A DNA stretch of 26,605 nucleotides, taken from the NCBI GenBank assembly GCA_963693365.1, contig CAVNZM010000053.1, forward strand, positions 1-26,605, read 5' to 3'. Positions 1-10,357 of the stretch are shown piece by piece (the first letter of the stretch is position 1; each line of letters starts with the position of its first letter). The position numbers and the translations under genes are program-made. The DNA is from Amoebidium appalachense (lineage: Eukaryota; Protista; Ichthyosporea). The notes under the pieces were generated by a model. It was not told the DNA's origin, made no database searches, and worked only from the letters and a program-made list of their open reading frames with translations.

Positions 1-255
1 GTATGCGATTGAGTAGTTTGGCTCTCGCAGCTCTCAAACCTACGTGGATTGTTCTCTGAACTTTGTCTCGCCGAGTCGGTGCTCTAATATTAACTCTCTC
101 TTTCCAAAAAGATTGAGATCCGAGTTGGCTCTGATTATAATCATTTCGCCTTCACCATATATGTCTCTTCTCGGAGTGATTAAATTTTCTAAAACTCCCT
201 ACACCGGGTTTAGACCACTTACCGCTGTGCACTGTATGGCCAGAGTAGACTTTAG

Positions 256-345
256 ACACATTTATTCAAGTATGGATTACATTATGTATTACGGAGCTAA
301 CAACACATTTATTCAAGTATGGATTACATTATGTATTACGGAGCT
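256..345. repeat. Tandem duplication, 43-bp identical unit, period 47 bp, containing AATAAA on the minus strand
   Basis: ACACATTTATTCAAGTATGGATTACATTATGTATTACGGAGCT at 256-298 and 303-345. Confidence 0.9.
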
Positions 346-853
346 CCTGGTAGCTATAGAGTGGTCGGCATGGTGGGGGTGGCAGCTTACCAAGGCGTGA
401 TAGCGTTTGGTTATGGCGTTTCAAACCTGAAATGTCGAGAAACGAGGGATCCGGAGACATGCCCTCGGCAGAGCTTGGCTTCGAATGCTGATTCAAACAA
501 ACTTGAACTGCTCTTTGCTGCATTAATTTAGGAGTTATATGTTTGTTTATGTGTCGAGAAGGTACATCGCACATGTAAAATCGATCCAAACCCCGCATTG
601 ATTGGTCGAGAGGCTCTGCGGCACGCAGATGGAATTCGATCCCAATAAAACGAATACCGCACTTACATAGAATTAGCCATTCAGATTCCAAGGAGGTTTA
701 CACACTTTTTATTGCGTGGACACTGCCGGAGGCCCAGCCACATTCGACGGCCTACTGCGTTTTCCAGCACAGCCAATCAAATGCAGCCAGTGACATATGT
801 ACATGCTAGGCAACAATGAGCGCCATCGTAGTATCTGACACCCCTATTACATA

Positions 854-3472
854 TTATGGGTAAGCAGAGGCTAGCATCGGTAGCTCCGAAAGAAAGTTAA
901 GGCACCGGATCACAATATCATACTGTGCAGCATAAATAAGGTGATCTAGGATAGTCATCTTAAAACGGATATATTGAGGAAGAGAGGAAGAAAAGAGAAT
1001 AAAACCGCCAATAACCTCCGGTTCTAATACATTAGCTAACAGGTTGCATTTATTGATAGATATGCAGCCGCGAGTAAACCGCCCCCCACACATATTACAC
1101 ATACGAGCAGGAGACACCAGAAACCGATTACACCGCCAAGCCATAATCATCTTTGCGTTTTTACACCACACCACATTACGAATAAACGAATCTATGTATG
1201 AACGAGACTCTCTAACCGTATCCGCCATATAGGCTACTAGTAGTTGGTGTTTTTGCGGTCCTAACACCGGAAGGGACTCAACACGTAGAGTAAAAAGATA
1301 TCTATCAGCCATAGACTTGAAACTATTCATATTCACACTATGATCTAGCCGTACCTCCGGGGGGGTCGCCAGCCAATCCACAAAACGCTCGGCAATGGGC
1401 AGAGACGATGGGGAAGGGAAGAGGTAGAGGGGCGAGTCCGGTGGGGATGCGTGTAGCGGGGAGAGCGGGTGGTCCGGGGCACAAGCGGACAGGCGGGTGA
1501 TGTGCTCGTGAAATTTAAGGGCTAATTCGTGTACGCGTTGTGATGGTGGTGTGAGTGCGTAGAGAGAATCAAAAAGGCGTCTAGGGATAGGTGTGGAAAG
1601 ACCAGTGAGAACCGTACAACAAGTTGTGTAGTGGAAATCATCTATTGATTTGAGGACATTAGTAACAGTATCAGGGGGTGCCATAGCTAGTAAGGGCAAC
1701 CCGTATTCAGACAAAGGGCGAATATATGTGCGAAATATACTAAGACGATTGTATAGGTGGACAGTATGAGAAAGAGTAGCAAGATACACATCCCTAAATA
1801 ACCGAAGACACCTGCCTGCACTCTCCACCCGACGGTCGATCATCCGTTTGAAACATATGCCCCATTCGTCCACCGGAATCCCCAAATACTTGTATTCGAT
1901 TGGGCGAGGGAGGGGACTGCCGAAGATACAAACGTCGTCCCATGCCGGTATCGATTTTGATAAAAGGGCACACTTTTTGACATTAATCTGCATATCGTTG
2001 CGCTGGCACCAATGTTCAGCCACACGAATGTATTGCCGTAGTTCGAGAGGATCGGATGACATAAGCACAATATCGTCGGCAAAAAAGAGGGCGGGGGGAG
2101 CCTGGGATGGCAACCGCCCGTCAATTTGTGACGCAGAAAGAGTGTCGGCTAAATCATCAATATACAGGTTGAAAAGAAGAGGACTTAGCAGGGACCCTTG
2201 AAGTACCCCGCGCGTGCGGGTAAACCCTGGGGATAGCCGCCCATTAACCACAGCTCGTCCGCGTGTAAACGTAAACATAGCTTCCAGTAGCCGACCCATT
2301 TGGAATGGGACACCGCGAGTGGCCAACTTGGCCCACAGGGGAGGGAGGTCGACCGTGTCGTACGCGTTCTTAAAATCGATAAATACGAGGTGCTCGGTAT
2401 CACTTTGAGTTGCATTATGTAGAGTGAGGATTTGTGCGTAACATGAGTGTCGATGCCGAAACGCCGCCTGAAGAGGGCTCAGCTGGGAAGCCTGCTTAAG
2501 GGTGGGGTTACGGGAAAAGGCCTGTAAAAGGCCACTTTCGAATAATCGGCGAAAAACGGACGTAAGGGTGATAGGGCGAAATTCGTGGATGGGACCCTGT
2601 GCAACCGTTTTCTTGATGGGAAACACTAAGGTGGCTAGCCACTCCGAGGGCACTTTACCGACATCAGAATACCAGCTAAACAACTCGCTAAGAATACATG
2701 TAAGTGGTGGCGGCGGGCCACGCTTTTCGTCTTTCTCGGGTCGGGGTGGGATGAGTACCTTAAGTAGTGCCATAGGGATGCCGTCCGGCCCGCACGCTTT
2801 GCGGGACGGGTAACGGGAGACTAACTGCCATACCGCATCTGGGGTAAAAAGTTCCCCCAATTCAGCCCCAAACTCAGCCGGCCCCGCTGGCCACGCCGTG
2901 TGTGGTGGTGGTGGTGTGTCGGAGGGTGGAACAAAAACAGGAGGGGGCGCCTGCCCCAGGTCCGTGGCCGTACATGTCGGGTTACGTTTAAACAGGGTGC
3001 CGTAAAAGGAATCGGTTGCAGATTCCGGGTCGGATGACGGGTCGGCCGTTATTCGAATCGAATGATCGCCGCGATCAATCTTCCGAATATTACCCAATAG
3101 CATGTGATACGGTAAAGGCTTACGTAAGGCAGCCTCCGCTCGAGGGCCGCGAGTGTGTGTAGTTCGTGCTTGTGGGTAAACTTGGGCACCTAAACAGGCA
3201 TATCCACCTATGTCCCACAAGGTTTCTCGTACTGTAGACCAGACGCTATCGATGAAGGTCTGGTCGGTGCGTAGCGGGGTTTGGCGTCCATCACGCACAA
3301 GCGATAATAGACTCGGTTGCACCGTCTGGAAAAAGAAGCGAGTGTCTGCTTGGCCGCGCTGGCTTTTAAGTTCGTGTACGTTAAGTCGGTAAGTGTGTTG
3401 TGGTGACGGCGTAGAAAGGCTAAGTGTAGTGCGAAAGACTATAGGTAGGTGGTCTGACGGTGGTGGGTGTAC
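854..3472 (-). CDS. Non-LTR retrotransposon ORF2, RT part (frame open from the APE C-terminal SDH motif), with C-terminal Cys cluster
   Basis: Motifs KACGPDGIP, FRPITLTS, QAAFR, FIDFKNAYDTV, GVLQGSLLSPLLFNLYIDDL, FFADDI, YKYLGI and C-terminal CNMCGGRFTRGC. The frame is open upstream of the listed GTG (3322) to include SDHLPI. Confidence 0.93.
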   Translation of the reverse strand, partial: VHPPPSDHLPIVFRTTLSLSTPSPQHTYRLNVHELKSQRGQADTRFFFQTVQPSLLSLVRDGRQTPLRTDQTFIDSVWSTVRETLWDIGGYACLGAQVYPQARTTHTRGPRAEAALRKPLPYHMLLGNIRKIDRGDHSIRITADPSSDPESATDSFYGTLFKRNPTCTATDLGQAPPPVFVPPSDTPPPPHTAWPAGPAEFGAELGELFTPDAVWQLVSRYPSRKACGPDGIPMALLKVLIPPRPEKDEKRGPPPPLTCILSELFSWYSDVGKVPSEWLATLVFPIKKTVAQGPIHEFRPITLTSVFRRLFESGLLQAFSRNPTLKQASQLSPLQAAFRHRHSCYAQILTLHNATQSDTEHLVFIDFKNAYDTVDLPPLWAKLATRGVPFQMGRLLEAMFTFTRGRAVVNGRLSPGFTRTRGVLQGSLLSPLLFNLYIDDLADTLSASQIDGRLPSQAPPALFFADDIVLMSSDPLELRQYIRVAEHWCQRNDMQINVKKCALLSKSIPAWDDVCIFGSPLPRPIEYKYLGIPVDEWGICFKRMIDRRVESAGRCLRLFRDVYLATLSHTVHLYNRLSIFRTYIRPLSEYGLPLLAMAPPDTVTNVLKSIDDFHYTTCCTVLTGLSTPIPRRLFDSLYALTPPSQRVHELALKFHEHITRLSACAPDHPLSPLHASPPDSPLYLFPSPSSLPIAERFVDWLATPPEVRLDHSVNMNSFKSMADRYLFTLRVESLPVLGPQKHQLLVAYMADTVRESRSYIDSFIRNVVWCKNAKMIMAWRCNRFLVSPARMCNMCGGRFTRGCISINKCNLLANVLEPEVIGGFILFSSSLPQYIRFKMTILDHLIYAAQYDIVIRCLNFLSELPMLASAYP

Positions 3473-4062
3473 TCAGTGTTGTGGTGTATGTGTAAGGTGC
3501 AAGGACCAGAGGCTGCCCCCCAGTCCGTGCGGTGTTCTTGTACTACAGATGGAAGAGTAAGGCGTAAGGCTGTAACAAAAGTGTGAAAGGTTGGCGTGCG
3601 TGGGTGGTTGGGTTTAAGTAGGGCCTGTGGGTGGCCGTGTAGGGGGTGTGGGGTGGTAATTAGCGGGCTATTAAAGTCTCCTAACACTAGTGTGGGGTTA
3701 TGTGGGGCGATGGTGTTAAGTTCGTGTTTAAGTGCTAGCAGTGGAAGGCTAGGTGGAAAATAAACAAAAGTGCATATATGGCCACAAACTGAGATGGTGA
3801 GTGTGTGTATTGTACGTGCTATAACTGAACAGTGGTTAACAAAGTGGGAGGCGGCGATGAACACTATGCCGGAGTGAGGCTTGTGGCCCACAGGCTGAGT
3901 AGACTCGCCCACGAGCCGTCCAGACCGACGAAGTGTGGCGTGGTCTCGCCACCACGTTTCTGCGACAACAATAAACGGGAACTCCTGTTGGGATAACGAA
4001 AGAAGAAACTGTGCTTTACTCTTATTTAGACTACGAGCATTCCAGAAAAGAAAGGAGAGCAT
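3439..4062 (-). CDS. Apurinic/apyrimidinic-type (APE) endonuclease domain of LINE ORF2, frameshifted from the RT part
   Basis: WNARSL, VAETW, VYFPP, LGDFN and RTDW motifs; the final SDH motif lies in the RT frame. Confidence 0.9.
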   Translation of the reverse strand: MLSFLFWNARSLNKSKAQFLLSLSQQEFPFIVVAETWWRDHATLRRSGRLVGESTQPVGHKPHSGIVFIAASHFVNHCSVIARTIHTLTISVCGHICTFVYFPPSLPLLALKHELNTIAPHNPTLVLGDFNSPLITTPHPLHGHPQALLKPNHPRTPTFHTFVTALRLTLPSVVQEHRTDWGAASGPCTLHIHHNTEYTHHRQTTYL

Positions 4063-4064
4063 GC

Positions 4065-5052
4065 TTACTGGGAGTTGGCTGGTGCGGCGGTGGGGTCGTA
4101 GGGCTTGCTGAAGACCTGCACGTGCTGAGCCTCCCAGTAGGCACGCACCTCAGCTGCTGTTTTGGCCCGGCTGTCGTGTGCCGGGTAAAGTGTGGCCTGC
4201 CTTGACAGCCCATGCGTGGGCGTTGGCCATTCTTGCAAGCACCCGGCGTTGCCAAGAGGCCCGGGCAGCGGCCTCTGCGTCAGCACGGTTAAGTGTGGTG
4301 TTGTAGGGAGCCGTAGGATCGAAGTCTGCGAGAAAGGTGGCGTCGGTAGCACGTTGGATGATGTTTATGAGGGTATCACGGTAGCCGGCACGCACAATGA
4401 ACACTGTGTAGCGACGGCCAATGAAGAGCATGTCGGGAATCATTCGGTTGAGGACACCGAGGGTGTAAAGACGGTCACGCATGGTGCTGATGTTGGCCGG
4501 CACCATGGTGAAGGCTGCAGTGGTCAACTCGGACTCGTCGGTACCCTGAGGGGCAGGGTCAGACGCCACCCGAGGGCGGCGGGTTGGGTGCAGTGCTGAC
4601 GCTGCGGCAAGGGCTGCCAAAGCCTGGGTAGCCCCGTGGGTCTGGGCCACCGACTCGGCATACGTTTTGACTTTCTCGGACACGTACACGGTCTTGGCGT
4701 CCACCGTAGTGCGGTACACCTTAGGATTCGTTGTGGGTATGAACTTGGGAGACCCCGGTGGGGTGGGTAACCCATCGGGGGCTGCCTGTGCTGCAGGGGC
4801 CGGGCCCGTGTGGGCAGGGCCGGTGGGGGTTGCCCGGTCAGCTTCCAGCTGCCGTAAGCGCGTCTCCATTTGCTGAACAAGGAGGTCTGTGTGGTCCTGT
4901 TTGGCTTTATACTCAGCTACTTGGGTTGTTAAGTCGGAGACTTGGGTGCGGAGCTGCTCATGATGCGCCATAAGTTTGAGCACGGATTTCCTAGCCTTCT
5001 CGGGTATCAAGTGCAGTTGTTCTTTCGTAATAAAACTACTTGCTGGCGGCAC
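4065..5052 (-). CDS. LINE ORF1-like protein (coiled-coil N-terminus), probably frameshifted near the C-terminus (4150..5052 plus end of 4065..4352)
   Basis: Positioned upstream of APE. Heptad-like segment LRTQVSDLTTQVAEYKAKQDHTDLLVQQMETRLRQLE. The alternative-frame tail ends 2 nt before the APE ATG. Confidence 0.7.
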
Positions 5053-5833
5053 GGCCGGTGGCGCTTTAACCTCGGGAAAGGGAACCTGTTCCGCTCGGCT
5101 CTGTTTAGAAAAAATAAAAAAATAAAAAATAAAAAATAAAAAATTGTATCTCCACCGTATGGCATATGATGTCTATTAGATTTTGATACTGCACGTGTGA
5201 GTCTAGGTCCTTGCTTGTTATATAGAACGCATGCCGACCAATCAAACCACGCTTGAGCGTTGCAAAATTCCTTTTTCATGATCGCGGTGCCACTCCTACC
5301 TGCCCATTCCTATTCAGTATTTAAGCTGTATTAAAGAGTAATATAATGATTTTTACCATTTATTTATACATTATATTTATTATTTGTAGATTATATGTAC
5401 AATGTTGACCGTAACTACATGCTCCTTAGCGTCCTTTGCTTTGTCACCAATATGTGAGCCGAAAATTCCCATTTACCCGCATATTTCTTAGTTCTCGTCT
5501 ATGATTGGTTCACGTAAACAATTTCTTATCGCTTTGTTACCATCTTGCCACCCGCCGCACTGATCAGTTTCAGATGACGAGTGGCTCACACGCTGTGCAG
5601 TACAGCGGCCAACGCAGTTTGTTGCCGTTTTTCACTTTTTTACGGCTGAAAACCGGCAAAAGCGCGTCCTTCCTGTGTCGCATAAAGACAAACAACCATA
5701 GGTCAAATTTTGCACATAAGCTTGTAAGCCAATGACCTTGAGGTTTACCAAGTTTCAACTCGATCTGACATTGGGTTGTCACGCTACAGTGTCACCAATT
5801 TTCGGGTCGCACCTCAAACCAAGAAAAGGTACC

Positions 5834-5854
5834 TGTTAAATTGTATAAGTATTT
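5834..5854. mobile_element. 21-bp remnant of the LTR terminus
   Basis: TGTTAAATTGTATAAGTATTT matches the solo LTR end at 8741 (TGTAAAATTATATAAGTATTT) and the reverse complement of 21246-21265. Confidence 0.8.
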
Positions 5855-6217
5855 TCACATATCACTAGATCGATTTTGATTGGCTCAGATCGGTAGGCTT
5901 AGGTATATAAGCACGACAGTTTTTAGCAGATCAGCAAGCTACAAACACATCTTCTGTGTTTAGCATCCACAGCCTTACAGCTATATATTCCTTTTCACCC
6001 ACCCACCTACACCCACACTCAACCCCCATTGATCCACACATACGTGCTGTTTTTTCACGGGGCGAAGACTTCCCCCGTTTTTTGGGCACATGGACCTCAC
6101 GGATCAATAAATTGATGACTGGGGGCTTGCCGTGGTTTACAACCATTGCAGGTTCACTTTCGTCCAAGGGGATGTCCCCCTAGAGGCAACACACGTCTCG
6201 GAGTAGTTTTCATAGAA
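5853..6217 (+). mobile_element. Truncated right end of a second Ngaro-type element (partial A2, spacer, B2)
   Basis: Near-identical to ~13467-13839 and ends in the same terminal TTTCATAGA before satellite DNA. Confidence 0.9.
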
Positions 6218-7525
6218 ACCAATAATGTGTAAGTAACACATGTACATATAATATTGGCAAGGGGGGTTCTATTCGAGCTACAACGTTGTGTTTTTTTCGT
6301 GTGACCCTCGTACTCCAGGGGCACATTCACCATCCCCCCAATAAACGTTTTGGTATATTTCTCGTGCTAGAGGCTGTTCTGTGGGTGGTTATTGAAAAAC
6401 CCAAAAATGTCTAGGTAACACATGGTCATATACTATGCTACAAGGGGGGTTCTATACGAGCTACAACGTTGTGTTTTTTCCGTGTGACCCTCGTACTCCA
6501 AGGGCACATTCACCATCCCCCCCATAAACTTTGTGGTAAATGTCTCGTGCTAGAAGCTGTTCTGTTGGTAGTTATTGAAAAAACCAATAATGTGTAAGTA
6601 ACACATGTGATTTATTATGCTACAAGGGGGGTTCTATTCGAGCTACAACGTTGTGTTTTTTTCGAGTGACCCTCGTACTCCAGGGGCACATTCACCATCC
6701 CTCCCATAAACTGTGTGGTAAATGTCTCGTGCTAGAAGCTGTTCTGTGGGTAGGTATTGAAAAAACCAATAACTTAGTAGGTAACACATGTACATATACT
6801 ATGCTACAAGGGGGGTTCTATACGAGCTACAACGTTGTGTTTTTTCCGTGTGACCCTCGTACTCCAAGGGCACATTCACCATCCCCCCCATAAACGTTGT
6901 GGTAAATGTCTCGTGCTAGAAGCTGTTCTGTTGGTAGTTATTGAAAAAACCAATAATGTGTAAGTAACACATGTGATTTATTATGCTACAAGGGGGGTTC
7001 TATTCGAGCTACAACGTTGTGTTTTTTTCGAGTGACCCTCGTACTCCAGGGGCACATTCACCATCCCTCCCATAAACTGTGTGGTAAATGTCTCGTGCTA
7101 GAAGCTGTTCTGTGGGTAGTTATTGAAAAAACCAATAACTTAGTAGGTAACACATGTACATATACTATGCTACAAGGGGGGTTCTATACGAGCTACAACG
7201 TTGTGGTTTTTTCGTGTGCCCCTCGTGCTCCAGGGGCACATTCACCAACCCCCCCATAAACTTTGTGGTAAATGTCTCGTGCGAGAGGCTGTTCTGTGGG
7301 TAGGTATTGAAAAAACCAATAATGTCTAGGTAACACATGTACATATACTATGCTACAAGGGGGGTTCTAAACGAGCTACAACGTTGTGTTTTTTTCGTGT
7401 GACCCTCGTACTCCAGGGGCACATTCACCATCCCCCCCATAAACTTTGTGGTAAGTGTCTCGTGCTAGAAGCTGTTCTGTTGGTAGTTATTGAAAAAACA
7501 AATAATGTGTAAGTAACATGGCATG
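6218..7525. repeat. 183-bp satellite, left block (~7 units) with 366-bp dimeric higher-order repeat
   Basis: GGGGGGTTCTA anchors at 6261, 6444, 6626, 6810, 6992, 7176, 7359 (spacing 182-184). Confidence 0.97.
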
Positions 7526-7876
7526 GGTTTTATTTGTGGAATTTATTGACATAAATATTTTTTCTGGGTAAACACGTAGGATGGGTGTTCGGTATCAACA
7601 TAACCATGTAGGCTTCATTTCGTGTTTTAGCAGTTCGCGGTTGGCTGCCCGCACACGGGCACCTATTAGCCAATCAAAACATCAGATTCCACATATCACT
7701 AGACCGAGTTTCGATTGGCTCGGATCAGATTTCACATATCACTAGATCGATTTTTGATTGGCTCAAATCGGTAGGCTTAGGTATATAAGCACGACAGTTT
7801 TTAGCAGATCAGCAAGCTACAAACACATCTTCTGTGTTTAGCACTCACAGCCTTACAGCTATATATTCCTTTTTCA
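7526..7876 (+). repeat. Split direct repeat A1 (351 bp)
   Basis: Near-identical to 13263-13613 (GGTTTTATTTGTGG...TTCCTTTTTCA). Confidence 0.95.
7670..7788 (+). promoter_or_regulatory. Putative Pol II promoter in repeat A: three CCAAT boxes plus TATA box
   Basis: CCAAT 7670, ATTGG 7714 and 7757 (within a 43-bp tandem duplication), TATATAA 7782-7788, 120 bp before ATG 7908. Confidence 0.6.
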
Positions 7877-7907
7877 TTTCTCCCTATCTTTCTCTCCGCC
7901 GGTCAGC

Positions 7908-9940
7908 ATGCCGCCGAAAAAACGCCAGGCCTCAGCCACCGCCCCTGCCGCGGCACCTAAGCGCCTGACCCGCAGCGACCTCCGCCACAGGCTGACCAAC
8001 GCTCCCGCGGGCCCTGACGCGCCTCCGGAGGCCCATACCACCACGGACCCTCCGGCTACTCTCCCCTCTACTCCTCGGAAGTCCCTCCTCAGGCCCCGCC
8101 GTCCCCGCCGATGACTTCTCAAGACGCCGTCCTTGCCGCCCTCACCGCCATCAGCACCCAGATGGCTGGCGTCCTGGCCGCTCTCACCAACCGCGACCCT
8201 CCCGCGCCCCCTGCCGCACCCCCTGCACCCGGGGAGGTTTCCCCGGGACTGCATCTCGGCCCTGACCTGGACCTACCTGCCCTGCCCGCGCCCCCCATTA
8301 CAGGTGAGAACACTGGCGACATTCAGCCGGGCACACTGCCGCTTCCCCCCGCGGATGTGCTGGCAGATTTGCGCGCCAATCGTTTCGTCGACCTGTATAA
8401 GTTCACCCCCGCAGCCCTCCTGGCCCCATCCAAGAAAGGTCAGCAGCTGCGCATGGCCGACGACGGCAGCATCGAGGCTTTTCGCAATGACAAACCCGTT
8501 TCCCTGCGTTCACTCGTCATTTGGATCCAAGCTTGGGCCCATTACATGGCCGCCAAGCACCACCTCGATCTCCCCACGGACAAGGACGTACTTTGGACTC
8601 AGCACATCACTCGCCTCAGCACCCGATACCCGTGGGCCCAGATCCACAACTATGACGTGTACGCCCGTACCGTTGCCCACCAGCAGGGTCGGGCTCCGAT
8701 CGAGTGTCCCAACCTGCTCGCCCAACTCCACCAGGATCTCTGTAAAATTATATAAGTATTTGGGATGAAAGCAGAGACACAGTGGTGCAGTGTGAAAACA
8801 CCACAGACACACACAACAACAAAACACGGAACGATCGGAGCAGTGTAACAACAGACATAATTTAGACCGATAAACCAATACTACTCGAATAAATACCTAA
8901 ATCCTCTAAGTCTAATCCATACATGACCGACCAGTCGGAAGCTATCCTAATAGAAACCAATCACTAAGAACCAATGCTTCAGAATCTATCGAAGACACAG
9001 ACACTAGTGCACCGTGTCCTCAAGGAGTTCTAACCTATGACACACTGCGCTCAGACATATCACACTAACCTTGATGATTGGTTAAAGCCCGGCAACACAT
9101 GAAAACTAAAGTAAATTAATGAAGTCCGTCTAAACACACATTTATTCTAATGTAGCCTAAGTGTGTTACCGTCCAATGAACACGTATTAAGTAACACAAA
9201 TCTACCTAACATATATTAGTAGAAAAGAAATACGATTATACACATGAAGACAAGGAGAGAAAGAAAAGAAAATAAGGAAGGAGAAAGAGAAAGGAAAAGA
9301 GAGCACAGATCAACAAACAAGATAGTAATAGCATAACTATAACCAGAGATATTTATGTACACACGAACATGTACACGTCTCTCCCTGAGTGGGTGGATCC
9401 GTGTACACACAAATAAATATTCTAATCGATATCACAATACACGATTAAAGCCGATACAACACGATTACAAGTATACAAGCATATCGGAGATCGATGCTAC
9501 ACTTTACATAATAGGAGTGTGGCATTTACACTAAGCATATGAACTGAAACATAACACAAACTGAGAAGATCTTACCATGTGTAAATACTACGTATTACAA
9601 CAATCTCCTCCTGCCACCCACTCTGCTCATCCCGGACGCATGTCAGCGCTGTGGCTTCCCCGACCACCCCAGCGCGGCCTGCCCCATGTACCCCAAGCCC
9701 GGCTGTGGTCTTGACGGCTTCAAGCCGCCCCACAAGCCCGGCGGGGGCCAAACCCCCAACCGCCCTGGCCCGCAACCCGGCCCGGCAAAACCGGCCCGAC
9801 CCGTGGATCTACCCGCGACGCACTGCAGGAATTTCCACATTAACGGTCGGTCCTGCGCTAAGCAGCCCTGCCCCTTCTCCCACGTGTGCCCGCTCTGCTC
9901 TGGCACACACCCCCGCAAAGACTGCAAGCACAATGCCTAG
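7908..9940 (+). pseudogene. gag: Ngaro gag-like ORF1 in three pieces (7908-8114, 8111-8740, 9608-9940)
   Basis: Removing 8741-9607 restores a 320-aa frame from 8111 with CQRCGFPDHPSAAC (CX2CX4HX4C) and CRNFH...CPFSHVCPLCSGTHPRKDC. The N-terminal piece starts with MPPKKR (NLS-like) in another frame. Confidence 0.85.
8741..9602. mobile_element. Solo-LTR-like insertion, 862 bp, TGT...ACA, 5-bp TSD ATCTC
   Basis: ATCTC at 8736-8740 and 9603-9607. AT-rich within GC-rich gag. Homologous inverted copy at 20338-21270. Confidence 0.9.
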
Positions 9941-10228
9941 TCTACGCGCACACACACAGATAGAACAAAGGGGCTCGGAGCTAGGACACACGGGTACAAG
10001 GAAACGGAGCTCGGGAAAACGGGCCAATAGGGCTGAGTACAAATTTTCGCAGGCCAACTACGGCGCCCGCGCGCGCCAAGAATAAATGTCCCTACACAAA
10101 GACGTTATTCTGGCCACTGCACATAATTTTACTCCCCCCCCCCATCCCACGAGCCTCCCCTCCCCTGGCACTCACCTAGCACTCCCTCCCCCCCCTTCTT
10201 CTACCTCTGTGTCCGCCCACACCCGCGC

Positions 10229-10321
10229 GTGCTCGGGCATCCCCTGCACAGGGCCCCGCTGCCCTCCCTGCAAACCCTCCCTCGGGCCCAGCTGCCCTAC
10301 TCTAACCCCCCCGGGGCCCTG

Positions 10322-10357
<36 letters not shown>

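Larger units (their letters stand above)
502..5854 (-). repeat. Left arm of a ~5.35-kb inverted repeat (partner ~21246-26605), containing a LINE-type cassette and 21 bp of LTR end
   Basis: The ORF track is mirrored on the opposite strand (854..3322 vs 23782..26253; 4150..5052 vs 22052..22954; coordinate sums 27104/27107). By eye there are only a handful of substitutions plus a 3-nt and a 4-nt indel. The outer limit is set by the window end of the partner. Confidence 0.95.

Noticed and set aside
1-700. Short ORFs 44..400, 319..531, 329..691 and antisense ORFs within the retroelements
   Set aside because: No recognisable motifs; they overlap repeats or are shadows of GC-rich coding frames
9941-10130. 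Compositionally distinct stretch between gag and pol as a possible Helitron or MITE insertion (CTAG at the boundary)
   Set aside because: No TSD, TIR or proper A|T target; it could simply be the element's intergenic region
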